64,000 nt of DNA, taken from IMG/VR virus record IMGVR_UViG_3300028283_000005, positions 2,863 through 66,862 of that record; one strand, 5' to 3'. The position numbers were made by a program, and so were the translations under genes. The notes below the pieces were generated by a model. The model did no database searches, was not told the DNA's origin, and saw only the letters and a program-made list of their open reading frames with translations. This document shows positions 51,219-59,340 of this stretch, one piece after another (position 1 is the first letter of the stretch; each line of letters begins with the position of its first letter). Origin of the DNA: a virus.

Positions 51219-53243
51219 TTAAGTAAATAACTTCCGTTGTTTTCCTCTTAAATTTCTTGCTGGAAGAAACATTGGATTGCTCACCTTCCTATTCATTGCT
51301 TTCACTCTTACGTCTCCACTTCCTCCTACCCTTCCCATAATTGGATCCATTTTCATTGCCTGTGCTATTGCAAGTTCTGCTGCCACAATCCTATCAAAAT
51401 TATCCTGATCATTATATTGTATCACCTCCTCAAGAAGAACAGGATCAAATATTTTATTTATACCAAAAATTTCCCTTATTACACTTCCTTGTTCATCTCT
51501 TTCAGTGTGGACAACTTCTTCCATATATTTCTTAAAGCATCCATGCAGATAATCTATCACCTTGGTTGCCGTTCTATGAATGCCATATTCACGATGCACC
51601 GTTGTATTTGGAATAATTTCCAGCAACCATCTTGGCTGTGCTTCCAGATAATGAGCATCTCCTTTTGCTTTCATATATTCAATGAAGGAGATTTCATCGT
51701 TTTCACAGAGCGTTCTTGCATTGTAATATTTTATGAGAAGCCTTGCCTGTTCCTCCCATGTTTCCTTCTTCTCTGGTCTTGCGCAATAGGAGGCAGCAAA
51801 CATATCCTGAAACTTCTCCCCTGTAAGATCATGCATTCTCTTATAAATATACACAGAGCCAAGAGAATTACTGTATTTAGCCTGTCCTTGCCTGTAAGGG
51901 TCAACGCCTGCAACGTAAAGTCCATAAGGAGGATTCTCAACTGGAAACTCATAAATTATAACAGGAGCATCCTTTGAATCTGATGGGTTTAGTGGAAAGT
52001 TTGTAATTGGTAATTTATCTGTAAACTCATGCTGTATTCCTGTCTCCCCAGAGAACAAAATAACAGGTGTTCCTGTTCTTTCCTGAGAGAGGAGCCTTGC
52101 CTTCTGTCGTTTAGCTGCTTCAATATCAAAAATGTTTGTATCCTCATTAGAAAATATATCATCCACATCAAATGGATAATACATCTTCTCCTTCAAATAT
52201 ACAACCCTGTCACTGCCTTTCTTTAATACTTTTAAATTATGATTTGTAATCTCTTTTGCTTTCTCCTCATTAGAGACAAGCATTGGTATTTTATATAGAG
52301 CACTCTCTTTTGGTTTATCAAGAAACTTTCCCAAAGAAGAATCTTCCTTGGCTTCCATTCTATATTTATAAGACAGATATAAGCCATGTACTCTCTTAGT
52401 ATCCTTCTCATTGTTATATGTAAGAAAATTGTAGTTCTGAACATTGAACATGAGTGTCTTGGCATCTCCAAACTTACTCATGTCACCTCCGGTTCCAGTG
52501 AGAATTGGGGAACATGCCCAACCAAAGGGTGTTGTAAATCCTGGCTTTGCTGCCTGTAGCCCTCTCAAGAAAGAACCTTTTCCTATTTCATCAATAATCA
52601 GCTTACGAGGTTTTGTTCCTGCAATTGCTTCTTCATTATTTCCCTCATCTAAATTCCTTATAAGAATTGTGGAAAAAGGAATTCTCTCTCCTGCCTTTGT
52701 TTTAATACCAAGTGTTACCTGCTTCTTCCAATCATCCTCTACCCTCTGCCATCTCCAAGCCTCTGGAAGGAAATTGAGACCCTTGTCAAGCTTATCCGTA
52801 ATTAGTTTTATATCTGGAGCATTGAGTCCAGCAATTACATTTTGTGAGTTTTCATCAAATGTAGCACCCCATCCTATATAGGAGGCTTCTATGACAGATT
52901 TTGCAAATCTTCGTATTCCAAGAATAACAAGTCCTTTGCGTTCCTTATGTGCCCTATCTATTTCATTTGTAACTATCCACTCATTATCTCTAAGAAGAGG
53001 GTTTGCATATTTATCAGAAATCCTTCCCCATTCATCAACGTAATCCACCTCCGTATGCCACACATTAAGATGCCAATAGAGAAACGGATTGATATATTCA
53101 TCTTCCATCATGCATCCATGGAGACATAACTCCTTATGAAAAGCAAAGAAGGAGGCGTATTCCTGCGACTCCTTATCTGGTATTCTCTTCTGATTGATAA
53201 ACCAATCCTTATAGTCTACAGTTTGTAGTTTATTACCCTCCAT
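51219..53243 (-). CDS. terL: Terminase large subunit
   Basis: 674 aa; RRFAKS Walker A, LIIDEIGK Walker B, GTGG, YVAGVDPY nuclease motif, FDRIVA. Confidence 0.92.
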   Translation of the reverse strand: MEGNKLQTVDYKDWFINQKRIPDKESQEYASFFAFHKELCLHGCMMEDEYINPFLYWHLNVWHTEVDYVDEWGRISDKYANPLLRDNEWIVTNEIDRAHKERKGLVILGIRRFAKSVIEASYIGWGATFDENSQNVIAGLNAPDIKLITDKLDKGLNFLPEAWRWQRVEDDWKKQVTLGIKTKAGERIPFSTILIRNLDEGNNEEAIAGTKPRKLIIDEIGKGSFLRGLQAAKPGFTTPFGWACSPILTGTGGDMSKFGDAKTLMFNVQNYNFLTYNNEKDTKRVHGLYLSYKYRMEAKEDSSLGKFLDKPKESALYKIPMLVSNEEKAKEITNHNLKVLKKGSDRVVYLKEKMYYPFDVDDIFSNEDTNIFDIEAAKRQKARLLSQERTGTPVILFSGETGIQHEFTDKLPITNFPLNPSDSKDAPVIIYEFPVENPPYGLYVAGVDPYRQGQAKYSNSLGSVYIYKRMHDLTGEKFQDMFAASYCARPEKKETWEEQARLLIKYYNARTLCENDEISFIEYMKAKGDAHYLEAQPRWLLEIIPNTTVHREYGIHRTATKVIDYLHGCFKKYMEEVVHTERDEQGSVIREIFGINKIFDPVLLEEVIQYNDQDNFDRIVAAELAIAQAMKMDPIMGRVGGSGDVRVKAMNRKVSNPMFLPARNLRGKQRKLFT

Positions 53244-53568
53244 TACGTTTCTTTAAAAACTGTTCTGCCTGAGAGCCTAATTCCACCTTTCCTCTCACTT
53301 CCACTTTGGCTTCTTCCTTTTCTCTCAGTCTGTCAACAACCTCAAGTAGTTGCAAGTATTTGGTGAGTGTGTCCTGTACACATTTAATCTGTTGTTCTTT
53401 TGTAGCTGTTACTACCCAAGCATATCCTCCTTTTGGCATCTCTTTCTTTCCCCATCTGTCTTCCACCTGATCAATAGGATTTGCCTCAATATACTTCCTC
53501 CACTCTTGAAGGGACTGCTCAGCAAAATCCAACTCTGCTGAAATATAACTATTTAGTTTCTTAGCCAT
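53233..53568 (-). CDS. Hypothetical protein, possible terminase small subunit
   Basis: 111 aa, helical, overlapping the TerL start; ends EVRGKVEL. Confidence 0.45.
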   Translation of the reverse strand: MAKKLNSYISAELDFAEQSLQEWRKYIEANPIDQVEDRWGKKEMPKGGYAWVVTATKEQQIKCVQDTLTKYLQLLEVVDRLREKEEAKVEVRGKVELGSQAEQFLKKRNGG

Positions 53569-53780
53569 TATGTAAGCTCCTCAAAATTAATATTCTCACC
53601 GTTAATTTTTGTATGCTTCTGTTCATCATCAATATCCCCAACAATCCAAATAGAATCCTGATGATTTCCTTTCTCCACCAATATAGTAACATAATCTATA
53701 CCACTATCGTATATCTCCATTAATGTCTCAATGAACTCTCTCAAATGAACCTTCTTTATCTCCAATTTATTCTTACTCAT
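53568..53780 (-). CDS. Hypothetical protein
   Basis: 70 aa, translationally coupled on both sides. Confidence 0.6.
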   Translation of the reverse strand: MSKNKLEIKKVHLREFIETLMEIYDSGIDYVTILVEKGNHQDSIWIVGDIDDEQKHTKINGENINFEELT

Positions 53781-54057
53781 TGTTTTGTTCCATTTCTTCT
53801 TCCTGTTGGGATGTTACCACTTCTCTCCATTTATATAAAGGACAAGCACATGATAAGCAAGCTGTCTTTGCTGAAAGTGTGCATCCACAAATAAGACAAT
53901 GTTCATCTGGCCTAATGCTACTATGTTGTTGAGAATTCTCTGGACAATTCCTACAAATCATCATCCTCTCCATCGTCACTCTCTGAATCACGTCCTTCAA
54001 TTCCTTCGGAGGAAAGCACTTGTTTCTCCATCCCTCGTAGATCTTGTATACATCCAT
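53773..54057 (-). CDS. Cys-rich Zn-binding protein
   Basis: RMMICRNCP..CLICGC.LSAKT.C.SC.CP..KW. Confidence 0.65.
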   Translation of the reverse strand: MDVYKIYEGWRNKCFPPKELKDVIQRVTMERMMICRNCPENSQQHSSIRPDEHCLICGCTLSAKTACLSCACPLYKWREVVTSQQEEEMEQNNE

Positions 54058-54397
54058 TTAACTTTGTATTTAGATATTCAAAATTCTTTCTTGTCATTTG
54101 TAGTTTCATTTCAATATTTCTCTTCCTGATTTCCGTAGAAGAAGGATCATTGAGAATACGACTAAACTCATTTATCTGGCTCTTGAACTTCTCCAGTTTT
54201 TTAAGAGCCTTCCTCTTGTTAAAGAAGAACCTACCAAATCCCGAGAACTCCAAACTATTACAACTCTCCAAAGCTGTATATGCAGAATCAAACTGGTGAT
54301 TGACAATCATCTCTATTTCCCGTTCCTGCATTTGTGTCCTTACAGACATATTCCGTATTATCCATGCCTTAACAGAAAGAGAAACAGGCTTATCCAT
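53951..54397 (-). CDS. IHF/HU-like protein
   Basis: HQFDSAYTAL..SLEFSGFGRFFF. Confidence 0.6.
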   Translation of the reverse strand: MDKPVSLSVKAWIIRNMSVRTQMQEREIEMIVNHQFDSAYTALESCNSLEFSGFGRFFFNKRKALKKLEKFKSQINEFSRILNDPSSTEIRKRNIEMKLQMTRKNFEYLNTKLNGCIQDLRGMEKQVLSSEGIEGRDSESDDGEDDDL

Positions 54398-54737
54398 TTC
54401 CGTTGAAATTTAATGTTATCTCCAGCTTAATCGTGTCATTGAACTTAAGGGCAATAATAGGATTCACTTTAATCTTCCCATTATCCTTAATGAGCACCTT
54501 CAACTTTATAAGCTTTGACACAATATTATAAATCGTCTGAACAGATGTCTTATGCTTCTCACAAAATCCCTCCTTAATATGTGTGTAAGAAATATTTCCA
54601 TGTATAGCAGCATAAGCCACAAGCTGAATCTCCCTTGTTGTCAAATCCAGAGAATTCAATGAAGACAATATCTCATAATACTTCTCACCCAACTGATAAT
54701 TGTCTTCTGTTACCTTTTTCAATTTCTGAACAATCAT
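54390..54737 (-). CDS. Winged-helix (RepL-like) DNA-binding protein
   Basis: LTTREIQLVA..TSVQTIYNIVSKLIKLKVLIK..KVNP; likely start MIVQK at 54737 because the promoter overlaps the longer start. Confidence 0.6.
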   Translation of the reverse strand: MIVQKLKKVTEDNYQLGEKYYEILSSLNSLDLTTREIQLVAYAAIHGNISYTHIKEGFCEKHKTSVQTIYNIVSKLIKLKVLIKDNGKIKVNPIIALKFNDTIKLEITLNFNGNG

Positions 54738-54764
54738 ATATCCGTATGTAGTTAATTGAACATA

Positions 54765-54794
54765 CAAATATAAACATATTTAGTGAAAAGTCAA
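54765..54794 (-). promoter_or_regulatory. Main late-operon promoter (TTG-N19-TATATTTG)
   Basis: TATATTTG at 54772-54765 and TTG at 54794-54792. Confidence 0.7.
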
Positions 54795-54927
54795 TAAGGA
54801 AAGCAAAAATTTATAATTAAATAGATTAGAGAAATATCTCCCGAGAAGGATAATAGGAATAGTTGAGAAAGAAAAATTACCTATTGAAGTCTTTTGAAAT
54901 AATATCCCCTATACACTTGTATATACC

Positions 54928-54958
54928 AAAAGGTAAGGAGTATATTCCATTTTCCAAA
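54928..54958 (-). promoter_or_regulatory. Possible second upstream promoter (TTTG-N19-TACCTTTT)
   Basis: TTTG at 54958-54955 and TACCTTTT at 54935-54928. Confidence 0.35.
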
Positions 54959-55081
54959 TTTTTTTTGTAAATTTTTTTTCTTCAATATGTGTGAACACCA
55001 AGTGGACCTCCGACATCAACCCCACGGTGATTTGAAAGAGTTGGGGGCATTCCCCGTCATTAATCTTAAATAGTTAAAGTT

Positions 55082-55483
55082 ATGAAACTGAAATTAGCAG
55101 TAGTAGAATCAACAGGGACAGGGAGTTGGAGTGAAATTACCGAACATGGTACACTCAAAAGTCAGTTAGCCAAGACTGATGTGCTGTCATTTTCTCAGAA
55201 GAACATTGAAGGAGAGGCAAGGGTATGTCTCTTCATCAAAGAGACAGAAGACGATGCTCCCAAGATGTTGTCCTTGAGTGCAAGGCTTAGTAAGCTAGTG
55301 CGTAAGGCACTGACACAAGGAGCTAAGAAATTGGATATTTTGAAAAGCCTTCTCAATCTGAAGGTGATTGAGAACGCTGAAGGAGTTTTCTTTCTTGTGC
55401 CAGAAGGCAAGCAGAGTGAAGGTTTCAGTCTTGCAGATCTTGCAAAGGGTGAACCCATTGCTCTTGAGAGTTTGATAGCTTAG
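55082..55483 (+). CDS. First gene of the plus-strand module; hypothetical, possibly SSB-like
   Basis: 133 aa, clean ORF followed by hairpins; SSB suggestion rests on position only. Confidence 0.6.
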   Translation: MKLKLAVVESTGTGSWSEITEHGTLKSQLAKTDVLSFSQKNIEGEARVCLFIKETEDDAPKMLSLSARLSKLVRKALTQGAKKLDILKSLLNLKVIENAEGVFFLVPEGKQSEGFSLADLAKGEPIALESLIA

Positions 55484-55510
55484 GCTATCAACTCTCAGCC
55501 CTTCGGGGCT
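55465..55510 (+). terminator. Tandem hairpins at the end of the 133-aa gene
   Basis: TGAGAGTTTGATAGC-TTAG-GCTATCAACTCTCA followed by AGCCC-TTCG-GGGCT. Confidence 0.55.
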
Positions 55511-55865
55511 TATATATAGGTGTGGGTGGGTGGGTCTTAATATTCCAATCACCTACTCTTAGTTGTTCCCTATATAATGAATAGAGGTAATGTCTTGAAT
55601 TACTGATCAGAGTGAATGTATGAACGAATGATTACTGCTCAGATGTTATATGTTATTATGCAGAGGTGTTTCCCTTATGACTTTGGGAATGTAAATCCGT
55701 AAAGAGAGTTAGCCACTCAACTGTTACTATATATATAATGTATAGGGAGTGATCATTGGTTGCTCTCTATACATTATTATATATGTATACATGGAACGTG
55801 AGAAATAATTGATAAATATACAGGGAAAACCGAGGTTTAATGTATATTTGCATTAAAATAAACGT

Positions 55866-56045
55866 ATGATAATAGTCATAAATCCTATAAATGGAGCTTT
55901 CAAAGCCTATCCAACACTTAAATTTGCCTGTAAAATGGAGAGATGGATGAGATATCAATACCTGTTACGATATAAAAATCTCTCTGATAAGGTGACAATC
56001 TATAAGAAGATGTGGATATATAGAGTGAATCATTCTTCATTATAG
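55866..56045 (+). CDS. 59-aa basic protein (MIIVINPINGAFKAYPTLKFACK...)
   Basis: Manual translation; TATATTTG -7 element at 55843-55850 just upstream. Confidence 0.5.
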   Translation: MIIVINPINGAFKAYPTLKFACKMERWMRYQYLLRYKNLSDKVTIYKKMWIYRVNHSSL

Positions 56046-56334
56046 ATAATGATCTAATTGTTCTGAACTATCAATGTTTATTGATGTTTCCGCATGAATT
56101 TGAATTGGGGCGACATCCTTCCCTGATATTAAACCAACATCAAATTAATACCAATTTCCTTTGAATAGTTGTATTCTTATGGCTTTATATATACATTTGT
56201 TTATCTATTGGAGAGTTTATATCTCTCTATAGGGAAGAGTTTAATAAAAGGATCTGCTCTGTGTTGTTCCATGTATAGAATGTAATGTATATATGACTCT
56301 GTTTCTACGTTAAATGAAATATTGGAGGTGTGTT

Positions 56335-56505
56335 ATGAATAAAGATGATGAAGAGATTTTAAATGATCGTGTTAGATTGGCAATGTCAATTAAACTATCT
56401 AAGGTATTGATTAAGTGCCCTAATTGCAAATCAGAGAATTTTGATGGAAGTGATTGTATGGATTGTGGGTTTGATGTTTATAGCTATGATCCTTATGATA
56501 AATAA
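56335..56505 (+). CDS. Small Zn-ribbon protein
   Basis: KCPNCKSENFDGSDCMDCG; likely start MNKDDEE. Confidence 0.55.
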   Translation: MNKDDEEILNDRVRLAMSIKLSKVLIKCPNCKSENFDGSDCMDCGFDVYSYDPYDK

Positions 56506-56703
56506 GTTGTTCCTTTATATAGAATGGAGTGTAATGGGCTATACTGATGAGATAGTCCATTACACCTTTCTTTGTTTTATATCTAATACGTATAATATGG
56601 ATAAGTTTGTAATTGTAATAATGAGTATATTCAAACTATTGTTCTGGATTGCTGTTGTAAGTGCTATATCTATTGTGTTTGTATTTCTCGCAACATTCTG
56701 ATT

Positions 56704-56910
56704 ATGAAGTCAACGAAATATAAACATGTGTATTTTAGCAAATTCCTTATCAATAGAAGAGGAGATGCTATTCTTCTGTGGATGACATTAATAGGTCATG
56801 ATCATACACATTGGTGTAAACGATTTACAACAGAAAGAGAAGCTGCTCTTGCTGTTGATATGAAATTGATTGAAATGGGCAAGGAGCCTGTTAATATATT
56901 GAAACATTAA
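56704..56910 (+). CDS. AP2-like small DNA-binding protein
   Basis: TKYKHVY..W....KRFTTEREAALAVDMKLIEMGKEPVN. Confidence 0.55.
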   Translation: MKSTKYKHVYFSKFLINRRGDAILLWMTLIGHDHTHWCKRFTTEREAALAVDMKLIEMGKEPVNILKH

Positions 56911-56937
56911 TAATTAAACTTTACGGAGGACAACATT

Positions 56938-57132
56938 ATGACATTAAAGTATTTAGGCATTCACCCTGAGTGTGAATACAAAGGAAAGAATTACGAGAGA
57001 CATCTTCATCATACACAGCTTGTTAAAGGCAAAGAAGTTGCTTATTACGAAGTGATTGAGATTGAAGAGGTGATTGTCAATGTTTCAAAGAGCAATGTAC
57101 GGAGTGTTAATAAACTCAACTTTGCTATCTGA
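56938..57132 (+). CDS. Hypothetical protein
   Basis: 64 aa, preceded by a GGAGG-containing leader. Confidence 0.55.
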   Translation: MTLKYLGIHPECEYKGKNYERHLHHTQLVKGKEVAYYEVIEIEEVIVNVSKSNVRSVNKLNFAI

Positions 57133-57180
57133 CTAATAATATAGCATTTAGTATAAACTTAAACTTTAAGGAGACAAATT

Positions 57181-57507
57181 ATGTTATTTGATTTTATGTC
57201 AATGGCTGACAATTACGAACAGCGTAAGGTAGCCAATACAGAGATTAATGGTGCAAATATTGACACTTGTGCTATTATGGATTCTACCAAACCTTATGAA
57301 ACAGGTATTTCCCATCCTAAATTTAAAGGAGGGAATTGGATTATTGTTGAAGAATACAACTCCAAAAAAGAGGCTCAGATAGGTCATGATAAGTGGGTGG
57401 AGGCTTTTACAGACAAACTTCCTGATGTTCTGCGGGATGATTGTTTGATAAATTCATGCGAGGAATATTCTATGAAGAGAAATATCCTGTTTCAGATACA
57501 GATGTAG
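57181..57507 (+). CDS. Hypothetical phage protein whose last ~22 codons come from the 124-bp repeat
   Basis: YETGISHP..WIIVEEY..KEAQIGHDKWV; 3' end lies inside 57440-57563. Confidence 0.65.
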   Translation: MLFDFMSMADNYEQRKVANTEINGANIDTCAIMDSTKPYETGISHPKFKGGNWIIVEEYNSKKEAQIGHDKWVEAFTDKLPDVLRDDCLINSCEEYSMKRNILFQIQM

Positions 57508-57563
57508 CAATAAACGCAAACCTCATCAATCAGATGAAGGGTCTCATTAATAAAATGGCAGGA
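57440..57563 (+). repeat. Copy B of the perfect 124-bp inverted repeat
   Basis: Identical to the reverse complement of 1816-1939. Confidence 0.92.
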
Positions 57564-57748
57564 CAGGAACCTGTGAAATAGTCCAGTTGATAAATAACAT
57601 CGAAGGAAATGAAGAAGGTTACAAGGTCTATCTTCAGGAGAATATTGACATGGGATGATTGGATTAGGAAGAAGGTAAACCAAGTGGTGTAAACGATTAT
57701 AATGAGGATTAAGCACAGCTTCCTTTTATAATTCTAAATATAGAAATC

Positions 57749-58345
57749 ATGAAACAACACATAAGACTGAAGGTAAAGGCAGTAAACAATAAGATAATAG
57801 CTGAACAGGAGAGATTGGGATTTACGGGCAGAGAAATGGCTAAATATCTTGGTGTTCATCCATCTACCTATTCTAGTTTAGTTTATTATCAATTCTTTAA
57901 GAAGAATGGAGAGAAGATTATTGGGAACCGTACACTTATGAGAGTGTGTGAGTTGTTGGGATATACTATGGAAGAACTTTTCTCAGAACATGCTGAATTA
58001 TTTGCCAATGCTATAAATTTTGGTAAAACAGAAGTGGTAGTGGATGATAATAGATTGAAGCTCTTAACAGAACAGAAGAATTTAACATTACTATCTGAAT
58101 CAATAAGTTATTTTGATGACCGGGATGTTAAACTTGAAATTAATAGAGTTTTAAACATTTTTGAGCCTAAGAAAGCAGATATGATAAAGATGTTTTATGG
58201 CCTTGATGGATATAAGGAGCACAATTTTGATGAAATAGGAAATAAACATCTATATACTGGTGCAAGAGTAGGTCAAATAATTCATGGTACTATTAAGAAG
58301 CTTAAACATGAAAGTAATAGTAAATTGTTAAGAAAGTATTTATAA
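57749..58345 (+). CDS. Xre-type HTH fused to a sigma70 region 4-like domain
   Basis: GFTGREMAKYLGVHPSTYSSL; MIKMFYGLDGYKEHNFDEIG..TGARVGQII..IKKLKH..SKLLRKYL resembles the RpoD C-terminus. Confidence 0.75.
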   Translation: MKQHIRLKVKAVNNKIIAEQERLGFTGREMAKYLGVHPSTYSSLVYYQFFKKNGEKIIGNRTLMRVCELLGYTMEELFSEHAELFANAINFGKTEVVVDDNRLKLLTEQKNLTLLSESISYFDDRDVKLEINRVLNIFEPKKADMIKMFYGLDGYKEHNFDEIGNKHLYTGARVGQIIHGTIKKLKHESNSKLLRKYL

Positions 58346-58358
58346 ACCAAAGTATAAT

Positions 58359-58571
58359 ATGAAAAAGTCTAAAATTATATTAAGCTGGATGATAGTCTGT
58401 ATCATTGTAGGAACCCTTCTACTGGGTTATATAGGCAAAGGTTATGCAACAAATGTCCTTGATGATTACGTCTTCATAGGGACGCTTCTTCTATATGGGG
58501 CTATTCTCCTGTATGAGAAATATCAACATCTGCGTTATAATAATAGTGATGAATTTATAGAAATGGATTAA
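58359..58571 (+). CDS. Small two-TM membrane protein
   Basis: Two hydrophobic stretches in 70 aa. Confidence 0.55.
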   Translation: MKKSKIILSWMIVCIIVGTLLLGYIGKGYATNVLDDYVFIGTLLLYGAILLYEKYQHLRYNNSDEFIEMD

Positions 58572-58597
58572 CAATATAACTTTTAGGAGGACAAATT

Positions 58598-58714
58598 ATG
58601 AATACAACAATTGAAGAAATAGAGAAATCTATTGAAGAGCTAATCCATCAAATAAATGGAATGATGCTTAGAATGAGAAACGGGTACCTTGAACACGGGA
58701 GTATCAAAAAATAA
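58598..58714 (+). CDS. 38-aa peptide (MNTTIEEIEKSIEEL...)
   Basis: Manual translation; preceded by the shared AGGAGGACAAATT leader. Confidence 0.45.
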   Translation: MNTTIEEIEKSIEELIHQINGMMLRMRNGYLEHGSIKK

Positions 58715-58720
58715 AAGAAG

Positions 58721-58873
58721 ATGGTAACTCCAAAGAGAGTAGAGAGTGGTGCATCATCTAATGTAACCACTTATTCTGAAGAAGAAGTGAAAGATCTCTG
58801 TAAACATGCTAATGAAGCAAATCTTCCTTCAGATACATTTGAAATATGGTGGGACAGTGTAAAGAAGAAATGA
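58721..58873 (+). CDS. 50-aa protein (..YSEEEVKDL..FEIWWDSVKKK)
   Basis: Manual translation; ATGA coupling with the next gene. Confidence 0.5.
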   Translation: MVTPKRVESGASSNVTTYSEEEVKDLCKHANEANLPSDTFEIWWDSVKKK

Positions 58874-59097
58874 TGAGAAAAATTCCAGATAAAATAGAGA
58901 GACAAGCTGCCTTTGAGAAGATAAAAAAGGTTATAGAAAGCTGTAAGACAAATCAACAGCTTCATTCAGCAGACAATATGATTGATATATTCAAAGCTAA
59001 ATATGATGATGTTTGTTCCTTTGATAAGGAATATTTATATGAGCTTCATGTATTATGGCACACATGTGCAGATAGACAAAAACATTTAAACACTTAA
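58870..59097 (+). CDS. Hypothetical protein (KVIESCKTNQQL..MI..F)
   Basis: Likely start MMRKIP at 58870. Confidence 0.55.
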   Translation: MMRKIPDKIERQAAFEKIKKVIESCKTNQQLHSADNMIDIFKAKYDDVCSFDKEYLYELHVLWHTCADRQKHLNT

Positions 59098-59108
59098 AGC
59101 TAAACAAT

Positions 59109-59279
59109 ATGAAAGCAACAGAAATTAAAACATTGGTTATAAACAAAGAGCTCAGGGCTGCAGGAAGAGCTGATTCTTTATTGCGTTATGCAAGGAGAAT
59201 TGTGCGAAAAGAAAATTTGCAAAATCCTGAAATATCCTTAATCAAGGGAATCATAACACAGCTTGAAAACGCTGTATAA
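59109..59279 (+). CDS. 56-aa basic protein (MKATEIKTLVINKEL...)
   Basis: Manual translation; A-rich leader; followed by a hairpin. Confidence 0.5.
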   Translation: MKATEIKTLVINKELRAAGRADSLLRYARRIVRKENLQNPEISLIKGIITQLENAV

Positions 59280-59293
59280 TAATATCATCTTAC

Positions 59294-59340
59294 AGGGAGA
59301 TAGTTTGAAGAAATTTTAATATCTTTTGAGCTATCTCCCT
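59294..59340. other. Long intergenic hairpin (~17-bp stem)
   Basis: AGGGAGATAGTTTGAAG...TTTTGAGCTATCTCCCT; no U tract. Confidence 0.6.

Noticed and set aside
45386-53243. Introns or inteins in TerL, portal or MCP
   Set aside because: Uninterrupted ORFs of ordinary size with no intein or embedded endonuclease motifs noticed
286-54737. Stop-codon reassignment as in some crAss-like clades
   Set aside because: Genes are full length under the standard code, and TAA, TAG and TGA all end genes at tight junctions
55510-56330. tRNA or other known ncRNA in the non-coding stretches
   Set aside because: No cloverleaf or GTTCRA T-loop pattern recognised by eye; a covariance-model search would be needed to exclude it
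56441-56701. 86-aa hydrophobic ORF as given in the track
   Set aside because: TTG start overlaps the Zn-ribbon gene; a shorter membrane peptide may exist but its start cannot be fixed
1816-57563. 124-bp repeat as a DGR template/variable repeat pair
   Set aside because: No adenine-specific mismatches (copies are identical) and no reverse transcriptase in the window
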